A program made the translations under genes and the position numbers. Of a DNA stretch of 64,000 bases, positions 42,476 to 51,942 are shown in pieces; the stretch's first letter is position 1, and each line of letters begins with the position of its first letter. The notes under the pieces were generated by a model that saw nothing but the letters and a program-made list of their open reading frames with translations, searched no databases and was not told the DNA's origin. The DNA is from an uncultured Gemmatimonadales bacterium. GTDB lineage: Bacteria; Gemmatimonadota; Gemmatimonadetes; Gemmatimonadales; Gemmatimonadaceae. The stretch spans positions 832,001 through 896,000 of the forward strand of contig CAVPQB010000004.1 in the NCBI GenBank assembly GCA_963707505.1, given 5' to 3'.

Positions 42476-45091
42476 GTGGTGCCATCCGAGTCCATTGGCA
42501 TAAGTTCCTCTGCGGAGCCGGCATCAACCGGCGCACAATCGACTCGACCACCGGGCGGTCCCACGCACGTTGGGCCGTACCGCATCGTTCGCCTCCTCGG
42601 CGAAGGCGGTATGGGCGTCGTGTATCTCGCAGAACAGGACGAGCCTGTTCGCCGACAGGTGGCGCTGAAGATTCTCCGCCACGGCCTCAATACGAACGAT
42701 GTAGTGGCACGCTTCCACTCCGAGCAGCAGACGCTGGCGATGATGGAGCATCCGAACATCACGCGAGTTTATGACGCCGGTGTGACGGAGTCGGGGCTGC
42801 CGTATTTCGTGATGGAATAGGTGGGTGGACACACCATCACCGAGTACGCCGCAACGCACCGTCTCAGCGTGCGCGAACGCATCAACATGTTCATTCAGGT
42901 TTGCCGAGCGGTGCAGCACGCCCATCAGAAGGGAATCGTCCATCGCGACATCAAGCCGTCGAACGTCATCGTCACCGATGCGGACGGCAAACCGCTGTGC
43001 AAGGTGATCGACTTCGGAATAGCGAAGGCCGTCGCGCCGGCACTTGAAAGCGCGCGGCTGACCATGACCGGCATGGCGCTCGGAACTCCCGCATACATGA
43101 GTCCGGAGCAGTTTCTCTCCGACGGGACGGACATCGACACTCGTGCGGATATCTACGCGCTCGGCGCGATGCTGTACGAGCTGCTCGCCGGAGTTCTACC
43201 GTTCGATCCCGCGAAGTTTTCCGGAATGGCGGCGCTGCTCGCACAACACGTAACGAATGACCCACCCCAACCAAGTGTGCAATTCGGTGGGCTGCCAGCC
43301 GAGAAGCGAGCAATGCTCGCCGCGGAACGGCGCACCGACGCCACGACGCTCCGGCATACGCTTGCGGGTGATCTTGACGCTGTCATCCTCGAAGCACTCG
43401 AACGAGATCGTGAGCGGCGCTACGCGACTGCCAATGCATTCGCGCTCGACCTCGAGAACTATCTGGAGAACAAGCCCGTCGCCGCGCATACCTCCAGCGT
43501 TGCGTATCGAGCTGGAAAGTTCACGCGGCGTCACCGCGTCGGCGTGACGTTCGCGGCCACAGTGCTCGTTCTTCTGGCTGCTGCTGCCATCGGCGCGACG
43601 GTCCAGGCCCGACGGCTCGCGCGCGCGCGTGCCGTCGCCGTTGCGCGGCAGGGGCAGGCAGAGGATCTGATTGGATTCATGCTCGGCGATCTGCGCGACA
43701 AGCTGACAGTGATGGGACGGCTCGATGTTCTGGATTCCGTAGGGGCGAAGGCACTCGTCTATTTCGCTGCCGTCCCCCCGTCACAACTGAGCGACGAGGA
43801 GTCGTTTCGCCGTGCGCAAGCGCTGCAGCAACTTGGCGAGGTGCGCATGGCGCAGGGCAAGTTGCCCGACGCAGCTCGGTTGATGGGACAGTCTCTGTTG
43901 ATCTCCGAGGGATTGGCTCAGCGCGACTCGTTGAACGGCCGGTGGCAGATAGGACTCGCTCACAGCCATTTCTGGGCTGGCAATGTCGATTGGGAGCTTG
44001 GAAGCATCGATTCAGCACTGGCTCACTTTGCACCGTTCGTCACGATCAGTCGGCGTCTGATCGCGCACTACCCGGACAGTCTGGAATATCGCGCCGAGTT
44101 GGCGTATGCATTGAACAACATCGGCTTCGCGAAGGAAGCGAGCGGCGACGTCCGTGGTGCACTTGCATCATACACGGCGAGCCTCGGAATCAACCAGAGC
44201 CTGGTGAATCGCGATCCAGCGAAGCTGGACTGGCAGGTCAGTCTCGCCGCGGAGCACAATGCTGCGGCTGTTGCCCAGCGGAAACTCGGCGATCTCACCG
44301 GCGCACTCGCGAGCCACGACACCGAACTGGCCATCAAACAATCACTGCTCGCTCACGATTCAACCAACGTTGAATACGAGCACTACGTCGGCATCGCGCA
44401 TGCATACCGTGGAGAGCTTCGCATGTTGACGGGCGACGAGAAAGGCGCGCTCGAGGATGCATCGGCGACGCGTGCGCTCTACGCAAGGATCGTCGCACAC
44501 GACACGACCAACGCGTCGATGCAATGGAGCCTGGCAAAAACCGACCGGCAGATCGCGCAGATTCATCTCGAGGAAGGGAATCCGCACGCCGCGCTTGCTG
44601 AGCTGAGCGCAGGTCAGGTCATCATTCGGCGTCTATTGCTCAAATCTCCGGCGAATCCGCGCGCCGCCGCTGAACGAATACTCGCTGGTACGGTGGAGGC
44701 GCAGGGCCTGCTTGCGACCGGGCGCACGAACGACGCGTTGTTGGCGGCGCAACGCGCTGTGTTCGAAGCCGATTCGGCCGTCGCCACGAAGCCGAGCGAC
44801 ATCGAGCATCGTCTAGCGGCCGCGGAGGCAAGTCTCGCAGCAGGTGATGCGGAATCGCGCGCGGGGGACGCCGCCAGCGCGCGCGCCGCGTGGACGCATG
44901 CCCTTGCGCTCATCGATTCCACGGCGACCGCGACCAGGGAAACAGAGCTGCTCGCGGTGCAGGCGACCGCAATACTCGAGCTCGGACGCGAGAACGACGC
45001 CACGTCGCTTGTGACCGAGCTCGAACGGCGCCGCTATCGAAGACCCTCGTTCCTCAGGCTGGTCCGCAAGCATCAACGCGCTGCGGCGTGA
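42476..45091 (+). CDS. Ser/Thr protein kinase with TM and extracytoplasmic TPR domain; in-frame TAG at 42818-42820
   Basis: [59 protein letters not shown] repeats. Confidence 0.88.
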
Positions 45092-45181
45092 CGCTCGGTA
45101 ACGGGCGGGCCGAAGCGTGAAGTATCGGCTGCTGGCATTCCGCCCGCAGTCGCCAAATCAACCATCATGGAGATTCGTCAG

Positions 45182-45508
45182 ATGCCGGACATCACAGTCA
45201 ACGTAAACTTCACCGATCCAGACACGTTTTCATTCGATCCGCCAGTTGCGAGCTTGAATGCCGCGGGGAAAGTCATACTCAAGTGCAAGCCTGCAAACGC
45301 GAGCTGGACTTTTGTCAGTGTCAACAATCTCCCGAATTCCCAGTTCACGTGGAGTCTCAAGGGGAACGATTCCGAAGTCCACATTGACGACGCATGTACA
45401 GCCAACGGAGAGTTTGGATATACGGTAACGGTGCACGATGCCACCGGTGACCATACGAGCGGACCGGGCTCCGGTGGGACTGTGCCGCCGATGATCATGA
45501 ACCTGTGA
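45182..45508 (+). CDS. Small beta-sandwich protein, DP-EP (DUF1888)-like
   Basis: GGAG RBS; all-beta pattern ITVNV..FSFDP..VHIDD..FGYTVTV..TS..PMIMN; family call from recalled similarity only. Confidence 0.6.
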   Translation: MPDITVNVNFTDPDTFSFDPPVASLNAAGKVILKCKPANASWTFVSVNNLPNSQFTWSLKGNDSEVHIDDACTANGEFGYTVTVHDATGDHTSGPGSGGTVPPMIMNL

Positions 45509-45529
45509 CGGCTCGCCGGCGGCGGTAAG

Positions 45530-45567
45530 GCTCCGGTCCCCACTGGCACGCCAGTGGGGACCGGAGC
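45530..45567. terminator. Perfect 18-bp inverted repeat (2-nt spacer)
   Basis: gctccggtccccactggc-ac-gccagtggggaccggagc. Confidence 0.65.
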
Positions 45568-45643
45568 GTACGGTGAGCAATGGCGGGTGTTGGTCCAGGC
45601 CAGGAAATGTGGGTCCGCCAACATGTGGCCGATACTCCTGTAC

Positions 45644-48130
45644 ATGACGCCCTATTCCCACGTCGCCACAGCCTCCGGCGCGCGGAACTCGAGTGCTGCC
45701 GTTGGAGGGACCGACGAGTCCTTCTCGCCGGCCGCTGCGCTCGGGACCATCTACCGGCAGGCCGACCGGTGGATGGCGGTGTTCATCGCCGCTCATCTGC
45801 TCTTTGCGGTCGCAATCGCGCCGGTGTACGGAACCTGGAACGCGGTCGTGCTCGTTGGCGGTGGACTGGCCCTGTCATTCGTTCTCAGTGCGTGGCGCTG
45901 GCCAGGCTCCTTCTGGACGCGCTGCCTGGCCGGCGTCGCACTGCAGGGCTTCGCCGCGCTGCACATTTACCAGATGCACGGCCTGGCGGAGATGCACTTC
46001 TTCATCTTCACGGCTGTGACGATGATGATCGCCTACCAGGACGTCGTGGCGCTCTGGCCGGGTGTGATCGGCATTGTAGCTCAGCACACGCTGTTCGCGT
46101 ACTGGCACAACCAGGGACATCCCGTCGGCGGCGTACCGTTCTTCGACCATCATCACGCTGGAACGCTTCAGCTTGGGTTCCACTTCGGAATCGCCGTCGT
46201 GGAGGTCGTGATCGCCTCATTCTGGACGTTCGCCCTCCGGCAGAGAACGCTCCGCGATGCGAAGCAGCGCGCAGCACTGGCCGGCGCGAATGCAGCGCTG
46301 GCGGAGCGGGAAGCAGACACCGCCCGCTCCCTGGCACTTGTCGAAGCGACCCTGGAAGCGACTGCCGACGGTATTCTCGTACTCGATGCCGCCGACAGGG
46401 TTACGGACTACAACAAGCGTGTTGCCGAAATGTGGGCGATCTCCCCGGCGCTTCTCGCCGAGGGCGATGGCACCGCTGTCCGGAACCGACTCCTCGCACA
46501 AGTTTGCGACCCCGTTGCGCTGGGTGCCCACTACGCTGTGACAGGCAACGAGCCAGTGTACCAGCGGCTCGATCAGGTGGAGCTGACCGACGGCCGTGTG
46601 TTCGAGTGTCACGTGCGCCCGCAGCATGTCGGCACGAACGCAGTCGGACGCGTGCTCAGTTTCCACGACGTCACCGAGCGCGTGCGCCTCGAACGTGAGC
46701 TTGCACATCAGGCGCTCACTGACGCACTGACGGGACTCGCCAACCGGGTCCTGTTCCGCGATCGCGTAGCACATGCGCTTGCGCGGAGCAGCCGGAACCC
46801 CGGCAGCGTAGCGGTCCTTCTTGTGGATCTTGACGGGTTCAAGCTGGTCAATGACGGACTTGGACACGGCGTGGGCGACGCGGTACTCTGCAGGGTTGCC
46901 GAGTGTTTCCAGCATGCAGTTCGCGACGGCGACACGGTTGCACGTCTCGGCGGCGACGAGTTCGCCATCCTGCTCGAGGACGTCCGCACGGTGGAAGAAG
47001 CGGACGCTGCCGCAGCACGATTGTACGGCGCGCTGACGCTGCCAGTCACAGTGGCACAGCCGCAACCGGGCACGGCGCAGTCCGCCGGGTCGGACGCCGA
47101 TGGAACGAGTGGTGGAACGAGTGGTGAGAGTGGGTCCGGGTCCGAGCGCGAGATTTTCGTCAAGGCAAGCATCGGAATTGCTCTCGCCACCCCGGGCGAG
47201 GACCCGGAAGCACTGCTGCGTAACGCAGACGTCGCGATGTACGCCGCGAAAGCGCGCGGCAAGGGGCAGGCCATGCACTTCGAGCGATCGATGCACGAGC
47301 AGGCGCTCACACGGCTGCGACTCGAGGAGGATCTGCGCGTGGCAGTGGCAGAGCTGATGCAGGGCGGTGAAAGCGCATTCGCCGTGGTCTTCCAACCCAT
47401 CGTGGCGCTCGACACGCACCGTGTAGTCAGCGCCGAGGCGCTGGTGCGCTGGCATCATCCGCGGCGCGGGCTGATCTCCCCTGAGGAGTTCATTCCAGTG
47501 GCGGAGGACACCGGCCTCATCGTTCCGCTCGGCCTCTGGGTTCTTACCCAGGCGTGTACTGCTGCGGCGAGCTGGCCAGTTTCATCCGACGATAACGACA
47601 TCGGCGTGTCAGTCAATCTCTCGGGACGACAGCTCCAGCACGCTTCCATCGTAGACGACGTCCGTGCGGTGCTCGCGGTGACCGGGCTCGCCCCAGAGCG
47701 GCTGACACTCGAAATTACCGAAAGCGTTGTCATGCGCGACACATCCCAGACCCTCGACCAGCTCAGAGCGCTCAAGACGCTCGGACTCCGCCTGGCTGTC
47801 GACGATTTCGGCACTGGGTACTCGTCGCTCAGCTATCTCAGGCAGTTTCCAGTGGACGTGCTCAAGATCGACAAGAGCTTCATCGACGGAATCGCGCGCG
47901 GCGGTGACGCTGCCGCGCTTGCACGCACCATCGTTGCACTCGCAGACACACTTCAGCTCCGGACCGTGGCTGAAGGCATCGAAGACGGCGCGCAGCACTC
48001 CGCCCTCCGTGCACTCGGCTGCACTCTCGGGCAGGGGTTCCTGTTTGCGCGACCGATGACGAACCTGGAACTCTTGCGTTGCATCGAGGGAGGTACCCGG
48101 CCCGTCGCAAGGGCGGGAGCGCGCGAGTAG
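45644..48130 (+). CDS. Membrane-bound PAS-GGDEF-EAL c-di-GMP enzyme
   Basis: About 6 TMs with His-rich EMHF motif; PAS; DALTGLANR; RLGGDEF; AEALVRW; DDFGTGYSSL; EGIE; QGFLF. Confidence 0.92.
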   Translation: MTPYSHVATASGARNSSAAVGGTDESFSPAAALGTIYRQADRWMAVFIAAHLLFAVAIAPVYGTWNAVVLVGGGLALSFVLSAWRWPGSFWTRCLAGVALQGFAALHIYQMHGLAEMHFFIFTAVTMMIAYQDVVALWPGVIGIVAQHTLFAYWHNQGHPVGGVPFFDHHHAGTLQLGFHFGIAVVEVVIASFWTFALRQRTLRDAKQRAALAGANAALAEREADTARSLALVEATLEATADGILVLDAADRVTDYNKRVAEMWAISPALLAEGDGTAVRNRLLAQVCDPVALGAHYAVTGNEPVYQRLDQVELTDGRVFECHVRPQHVGTNAVGRVLSFHDVTERVRLERELAHQALTDALTGLANRVLFRDRVAHALARSSRNPGSVAVLLVDLDGFKLVNDGLGHGVGDAVLCRVAECFQHAVRDGDTVARLGGDEFAILLEDVRTVEEADAAAARLYGALTLPVTVAQPQPGTAQSAGSDADGTSGGTSGESGSGSEREIFVKASIGIALATPGEDPEALLRNADVAMYAAKARGKGQAMHFERSMHEQALTRLRLEEDLRVAVAELMQGGESAFAVVFQPIVALDTHRVVSAEALVRWHHPRRGLISPEEFIPVAEDTGLIVPLGLWVLTQACTAAASWPVSSDDNDIGVSVNLSGRQLQHASIVDDVRAVLAVTGLAPERLTLEITESVVMRDTSQTLDQLRALKTLGLRLAVDDFGTGYSSLSYLRQFPVDVLKIDKSFIDGIARGGDAAALARTIVALADTLQLRTVAEGIEDGAQHSALRALGCTLGQGFLFARPMTNLELLRCIEGGTRPVARAGARE

Positions 48131-48152
48131 CCACCACATCGGGTCACGCTTG

Positions 48153-48662
48153 CTAAATCAGACCGCCGATGAGTAGCTGTCCGCGAGTCGCAGGTGCCTC
48201 GAGATCCAGCAGGAACTGTTTTCGGTCCAGTCCGCCTGCGTAACCAACCAGCCGTCCGTCAGCGCCGACGACCCTGTGGCACGGGACGACTATGCTCAAC
48301 GGATTGCGAGCGTTCGCTCCGCCAACTTCGCGTGCGAGCGACGGATTGCCCAGCTCCTTCGCCAACTGACCGTACGAGCGCGTCTCTCCGTAAGGGATAT
48401 CGCGCAGAAGGCTCCATACGCGCAGCTGGAAGTCGCTGCCGCACGGCGCGAGGGGGAGGTCGAACTGCGTGCGCTCGCCACGGAAGTATTCGCCTAGCTG
48501 GTCGACCGCTGCTTCGAATCCCGTATCGACTCGTTGGCCGAATGCGGCAGGCTGCGGCAGGCGCGTGTGTTTCGGGAAATACACGCCTGTCAGCGCGCCG
48601 CCGCACGCGACGAGGGTCAGCTCGCCGATGGGCGAATCAGTGACTGTATGAGTGACGCTCAT
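48153..48662 (-). CDS. ogt: Methylated-DNA-protein-cysteine methyltransferase
   Basis: IPYGETRSYG, NPLSIVVPCHRV, GYAGG. Confidence 0.95.
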   Translation of the reverse strand: MSVTHTVTDSPIGELTLVACGGALTGVYFPKHTRLPQPAAFGQRVDTGFEAAVDQLGEYFRGERTQFDLPLAPCGSDFQLRVWSLLRDIPYGETRSYGQLAKELGNPSLAREVGGANARNPLSIVVPCHRVVGADGRLVGYAGGLDRKQFLLDLEAPATRGQLLIGGLI

Positions 48663-48747
48663 CTCTTTCTCCGTTTCATCGAAAGCTAGCTTCGTCGGTG
48701 GATCACGCTCGCCATTTTCGGACGCGGATAACTGATGCGGGTCGATC

Positions 48748-49176
48748 TCATTTGGTAGGTTGCAGTTTCGCGACCACCTCTACGGGGTGCACGTGGCATA
48801 CGTCTTTCGTCACCGTCACGCCACTCGTGTCGTACGGCGCGAAGCCGTCCTTCCGAATCGATATGCTGTAGCTTCCTGCGCGCTCACCAGCCGCGGACAG
48901 GATGCCGCTGGCTGGTTGGCCCGCAGGGCCAAGATAATTGTAGGACTCGACGTAGCTTCCATCCGTAATCCGCACGGTCGCGCTGTCAGTGATGGCTGCG
49001 CCTGTGGTCGCGTTCTGCACCTTGAGCGATATGCCGTAAACATAAATCGCCGTACAGGCGACGCCGGTTGGCGTCGAGCTCGAGCACGCCGTCAGCGCGA
49101 GAAATGCAACGCAGGCCGAGAGGATGGTCCGGCGACCAGTTGGCGGTGGTCGCCGAGTGACGATGTCGTGTGTCAT
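48748..49176 (-). CDS. Hypothetical lipoprotein with carboxypeptidase-regulatory-like beta domain
   Basis: LTAC lipobox; ERAGSYSISIRKDGF; Cys pair. Confidence 0.7.
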   Translation of the reverse strand: MTHDIVTRRPPPTGRRTILSACVAFLALTACSSSTPTGVACTAIYVYGISLKVQNATTGAAITDSATVRITDGSYVESYNYLGPAGQPASGILSAAGERAGSYSISIRKDGFAPYDTSGVTVTKDVCHVHPVEVVAKLQPTK

Positions 49177-49406
49177 CCGGCGTGCCTCTCTCTGCCGTGA
49201 ATTCCGTCTTCGGTGACCATTGTACTCACACGACCCCAGCGTCGGGCCGAAACGTCACCCAGTCGCCGCCGCAAGTGTCCGGGCGGACCGCCGAGCAAGC
49301 TGTCCGCGCTGGTCCCACGCGATGCAGTCGGGCCACAAGTCACGTAGATTTTGCTGGTTCGCCCGACGGAAATCGCTCTACCCACAATTGGATGACCGAG
49401 GTTGTC

Positions 49407-49967
49407 ATGACAGGGCTTCTTGCACTCTGGCTCCCGATCCTTCTTTCCGCGGTGATCGTATTCATCGCGAGCGCAATCATCCATATGATGTTGCCGTGGC
49501 ACAAGAACGACTACCGCACGATTCCGAATGAGGAACAGGTCAGCGCGGCGCTTCGTCAGTTCGCGATACCGCCGGGCGACTACATGATGCCGCGCCCCAC
49601 AGGCGCGGCGGATATGAAATCGCCGGAATTCGCCGAGCGCGTGCGGCAGGGTCCCAATCTTCTAGTCACAGTGCTTCCCAACGCTCCGTGGTCGATGGGG
49701 CGGAATCTCGGGCTCTGGTTTATCTACTGTCTCATTGTGAGCAGTCTCGCGGCCTGCCTGACTGGATTCGCGGCGCCGCCAGGCTCGGACTACCACGCCG
49801 TGTTTCACTTCGTCGCAGTAACCGCGTTCCTCGGATATGCAGTCGCGCTGTGGCAAGTGTCGATCTGGTTGCGGCGGTCCTGGATGACGACGTTCAAGGC
49901 TACGGTCGACGGCATCATCTACGCTCTCTTGACGGCAGCGACGTTCGCCTGGCTCTGGCCGAGATAG
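49407..49967 (+). CDS. Conserved membrane protein (about 4 TM)
   Basis: LWLPILLSAVIVFIASAIIHMMLPWHK..PGDYMMP..DGIIYALLTAATFAWLWP. Confidence 0.8.
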   Translation: MTGLLALWLPILLSAVIVFIASAIIHMMLPWHKNDYRTIPNEEQVSAALRQFAIPPGDYMMPRPTGAADMKSPEFAERVRQGPNLLVTVLPNAPWSMGRNLGLWFIYCLIVSSLAACLTGFAAPPGSDYHAVFHFVAVTAFLGYAVALWQVSIWLRRSWMTTFKATVDGIIYALLTAATFAWLWPR

Positions 49968-50032
49968 GGACGCGGCAGGATCGCGCGGGCCGGTCACGGG
50001 CTGCCAACCGAAACCCGGGGGCTTCCGTAAAA

Positions 50033-50056
50033 TTAGGTAGGTAGCTATCTATCTAA
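50033..50056. promoter_or_regulatory. Putative MarR/SlyA operator
   Basis: Near-palindrome ttaggtaggtagctatctatctaa immediately upstream of the MarR ATG. Confidence 0.55.
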
Positions 50057-50060
50057 CCCC

Positions 50061-50540
50061 ATGCGCTCCTCCCACAACCGTCCGGCCTCGCCGAGGGACA
50101 CGCTCGAAGTATCCTTCATCGCGACCCTGTGCCCGCTGCGGGAGAAGCTGCGGCGCTGCTACGACAATGAGCTGAATGCGTTCGGGCTCTCTCGCGCGCT
50201 AGCGGCGCCGCTCGTCCGCATCTGGCAGAACGATGGCATGCGGCAGAATGCGCTGGCCGAACAGATGGACATCGAGGGGCCCAGCCTGGTCAGGTTGCTG
50301 GATCAGCTCGGCGCGAGCGGCCTGGTCGTTCGTCGCCCGGACCCGGACGACCAGCGTGCCAAGACGCTGCACCTCACTCCGGCGGGCATCGAGCTCGCGC
50401 AGCGGATCATGCCCGTCGTCGAGCGGTTACGCAAGCATCTCCTGGCTGGCGCATCCGACGCAGATCTCGAGACGTGCCAGCGCGTATTCAACAGTTTTCT
50501 CGCCGCGTGTGAACGCGACGGTTCGGATGTAACAGAGTGA
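50061..50540 (+). CDS. MarR/SlyA family regulator
   Basis: GMRQNALAEQMDIEGPSLVRLLDQL, DDQRAKTLHLT. Confidence 0.92.
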   Translation: MRSSHNRPASPRDTLEVSFIATLCPLREKLRRCYDNELNAFGLSRALAAPLVRIWQNDGMRQNALAEQMDIEGPSLVRLLDQLGASGLVVRRPDPDDQRAKTLHLTPAGIELAQRIMPVVERLRKHLLAGASDADLETCQRVFNSFLAACERDGSDVTE

Positions 50541-50712
50541 CGCGCTGTGTGAACAACGGGTCGTTAAGGCGGTCCACGCAAGCGTCTGGTACGCAACTCG
50601 CAGCGACCGGCCGGCGCCTCCGGCGCAACTTTTTTGCCAGTAATACGCATGACATTTGTCTTCACTGATGTCTTCAAGATTCAATAAATCACGTATGTCA
50701 CATACCCGTAGC

Positions 50713-51942
50713 ATGAGCTTTCTGTCATCGTCGCGCTTCATGGCCGCCGGCGCATGCGTTGCCGCTCTCCTCGCTGGCTGCTCCAAGGCCGGACCGCCGC
50801 CCACTCCGCCTCCGTCGGAGGTGTCAGTGCTCACGGTGACGCCGCGAACGGTCGAGGACAATCTCGAATTTACCGGTCAGGTCCGCGCGTACCGCAGCGT
50901 GCAGGTTCGTGCCCAGGCAATCGGCGTGATCATGGCGCGACCGTTTACCGAGGGCGCGCAGGTGCACGTCGGCGAGGTGCTGTATCGCATCGATCCGACG
51001 ACAGCCGACGCGGAATGGCGGAGTGCAAAGGCGCGTCTCGCGTCGGCGCAGGCAACCCTCGCAAATACACAGACGATGGCATCACGCCTTCGTGCTCTTC
51101 TCCCCGGAAACGCGGTCGCCAAGCAGGACGTCGATAACGCCGAAGCGCAGGTGAAATCCGCAAGCGCTGCGGTCGATGACGCACGCGGCAGCGTCGATGC
51201 AGCTCAGAAGAATCTGAGCGAGACGACGGTTCGTGCCCAGATCAACGGTCGGATCGAGCGCACGCTGCTCGATGTTGGCGCACGCGTGACCGGACCCGCA
51301 GATCTCCTTACCACGATCGATGTGCTGGATCCGATCTACGTCACGTTCAGGCCATCGACGGATCAGCAGGCGCAGTGGCGCAGTGATCCGGTGTATGCTC
51401 GCGCGATCGCACCGGGCGGGTCCGCACGCGTTCAGGTGACGATGCCCGACGGAAGCTCGTTTCCGACGGAGGGACGCATCGGGTACATCGATCCTGTAGT
51501 CGATCCGCAAACCGGAACGCAGGAATACCGCGCCGAGTTCGCGAACCCGCGCCGTATCATGCTTCCGGGTCAGTTCGTGCATGTTTCATTGCGCGGTCTG
51601 TCTCGCACGAATGCAATAGTGATTCCGCAGCGCGCTGTTCTGCAGCAGATGGGACGTCAGATGGTGTACGTAGTCGGATCCGACAACAAGGTTGCGACGC
51701 GTGAAGTGAAGGCGACCACATGGACGGGGAACGACTGGCTGATCGAAACCGGTCTTGCCGCAGGTGATCGCGTAGTCGTTGACGGTGTGCAGAAGATCGG
51801 CCCCGGCGCACCGGTGCACCCGACTCCCTACGTCGATTCCACGAAGACAGCGAAGACTGACTCGGGTGCGACGCCGGCCGCGGCGCCGGCCGCTACGAAA
51901 ACGACGACATCGAGCGCATCGGTCAAGGATTCCGCGCGATGA
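50713..51942 (+). CDS. RND efflux periplasmic adaptor (AcrA/MexA-like)
   Basis: LAGC lipobox; VRAQ..G, LYRIDP, LDPIYV, PGQFV, GDRVVVDG. Confidence 0.92.
   Translation: MSFLSSSRFMAAGACVAALLAGCSKAGPPPTPPPSEVSVLTVTPRTVEDNLEFTGQVRAYRSVQVRAQAIGVIMARPFTEGAQVHVGEVLYRIDPTTADAEWRSAKARLASAQATLANTQTMASRLRALLPGNAVAKQDVDNAEAQVKSASAAVDDARGSVDAAQKNLSETTVRAQINGRIERTLLDVGARVTGPADLLTTIDVLDPIYVTFRPSTDQQAQWRSDPVYARAIAPGGSARVQVTMPDGSSFPTEGRIGYIDPVVDPQTGTQEYRAEFANPRRIMLPGQFVHVSLRGLSRTNAIVIPQRAVLQQMGRQMVYVVGSDNKVATREVKATTWTGNDWLIETGLAAGDRVVVDGVQKIGPGAPVHPTPYVDSTKTAKTDSGATPAAAPAATKTTTSSASVKDSAR

Noticed and set aside
42818..42820. Genome-wide TAG recoding or pyrrolysine
   Set aside because: Many genes here terminate normally at TAG (e.g. 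4684, 6846, 21080) and no suppressor tRNA is present
45544..45560. TGGCACG as a sigma54 promoter
   Set aside because: No GC at the -12 position; it is the centre of a hairpin
41338..50000. Genomic island integrated at tRNA-Gly
   Set aside because: No integrase and no duplicated tRNA 3' end found in the window
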